A stretch of 34,833 bases of DNA, from the NCBI RefSeq assembly GCF_001194135.2, contig NC_069008.1, positions 18,551,275-18,586,107 of the forward strand. Reading direction: 5' to 3'. Within the stretch, counting starts at the first letter, position 1; every line of letters begins with the position of its first letter. The DNA comes from Octopus bimaculoides (lineage: Eukaryota). This document shows positions 34,545 to 34,833 of this stretch, one piece after another. A program made the position numbers and the translations under genes. Below the pieces are notes generated by a model. It made no database searches and had not been told where the DNA came from. It saw only the letters and a program-made list of their open reading frames with translations.

Positions 34545-34808
34545 AATCTAGGATTGTACAAGAGCAATACTGAAGACATCAATCACATTATTGCCAGTTG
34601 TAAGAGAATCTCTACCAGATATTACCCTTCCGTGAGGCATGATTTGATGGCCAGAACGGTCTGGAACAGGATAACAAAACAGAATACCTAGAAATGAAGT
34701 TGGCCAAATTGAGACCAATGGGTCAAAAGAATATTGGTGGGACTTAACACAGCCGCCAAGTTAAAACACAACTGACCAGATATTATTGTGTGGGACCACA
34801 GGGAAAAA
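34545..34808 (+). mobile_element. Non-LTR retrotransposon with restriction-like endonuclease (R4/NeSL-like) 3' fragment, decayed
   Basis: LYKSNTEDINHIIASCKRISTRYYPSVRHD (CCHC knuckle remnant plus RHD), then HN*PDIIVWDHREK (RPD..D endonuclease motif) after frameshifts. Confidence 0.8.
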
Positions 34809-34833
34809 TATATATATATATATATATATGCAT

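Noticed and set aside
1-34833. CRISPR arrays, operons or other prokaryotic/viral systems
   Set aside because: No regularly spaced repeat-spacer array or gene-dense segment; the window is clearly eukaryotic intronic/intergenic DNA.

Overview
Eukaryotic genomic DNA, very rich in microsatellites and TE remnants, with several kb of N gaps. Repeat content and the peptide below suggest a mollusc, probably an octopod cephalopod (inference). Almost every ORF in the supplied track is a microsatellite or gap artefact. The real gene is not resolved by the track: the first two coding exons of a cAMP-dependent protein kinase catalytic subunit (PKA-C) on the + strand. Exon 1 is 11629-11674 (46 nt, MGNAATAKKGDPAEN) and exon 2 is 33012-33073 (62 nt, [V]KEFLAKAKEEFQQKWDHPSH), separated by a 21.3-kb phase-1 intron; exon 3 lies beyond the window. 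The rest is decayed RTE and RLE-type LINEs, Tc1/mariner fragments (DD37D, mariner, Tc1, pogo-like end), several SINE-like families and a tRNA-Gly(GCC) pseudogene. The best leads are a tandem pair of hammerhead-ribozyme-like motifs on the minus strand (~29990-30280), candidate alternative N-terminal exons in phase with exon 2, a mid-intron AG|GT acceptor, and two long near-perfect hairpins. None of these leads can be confirmed from sequence alone.
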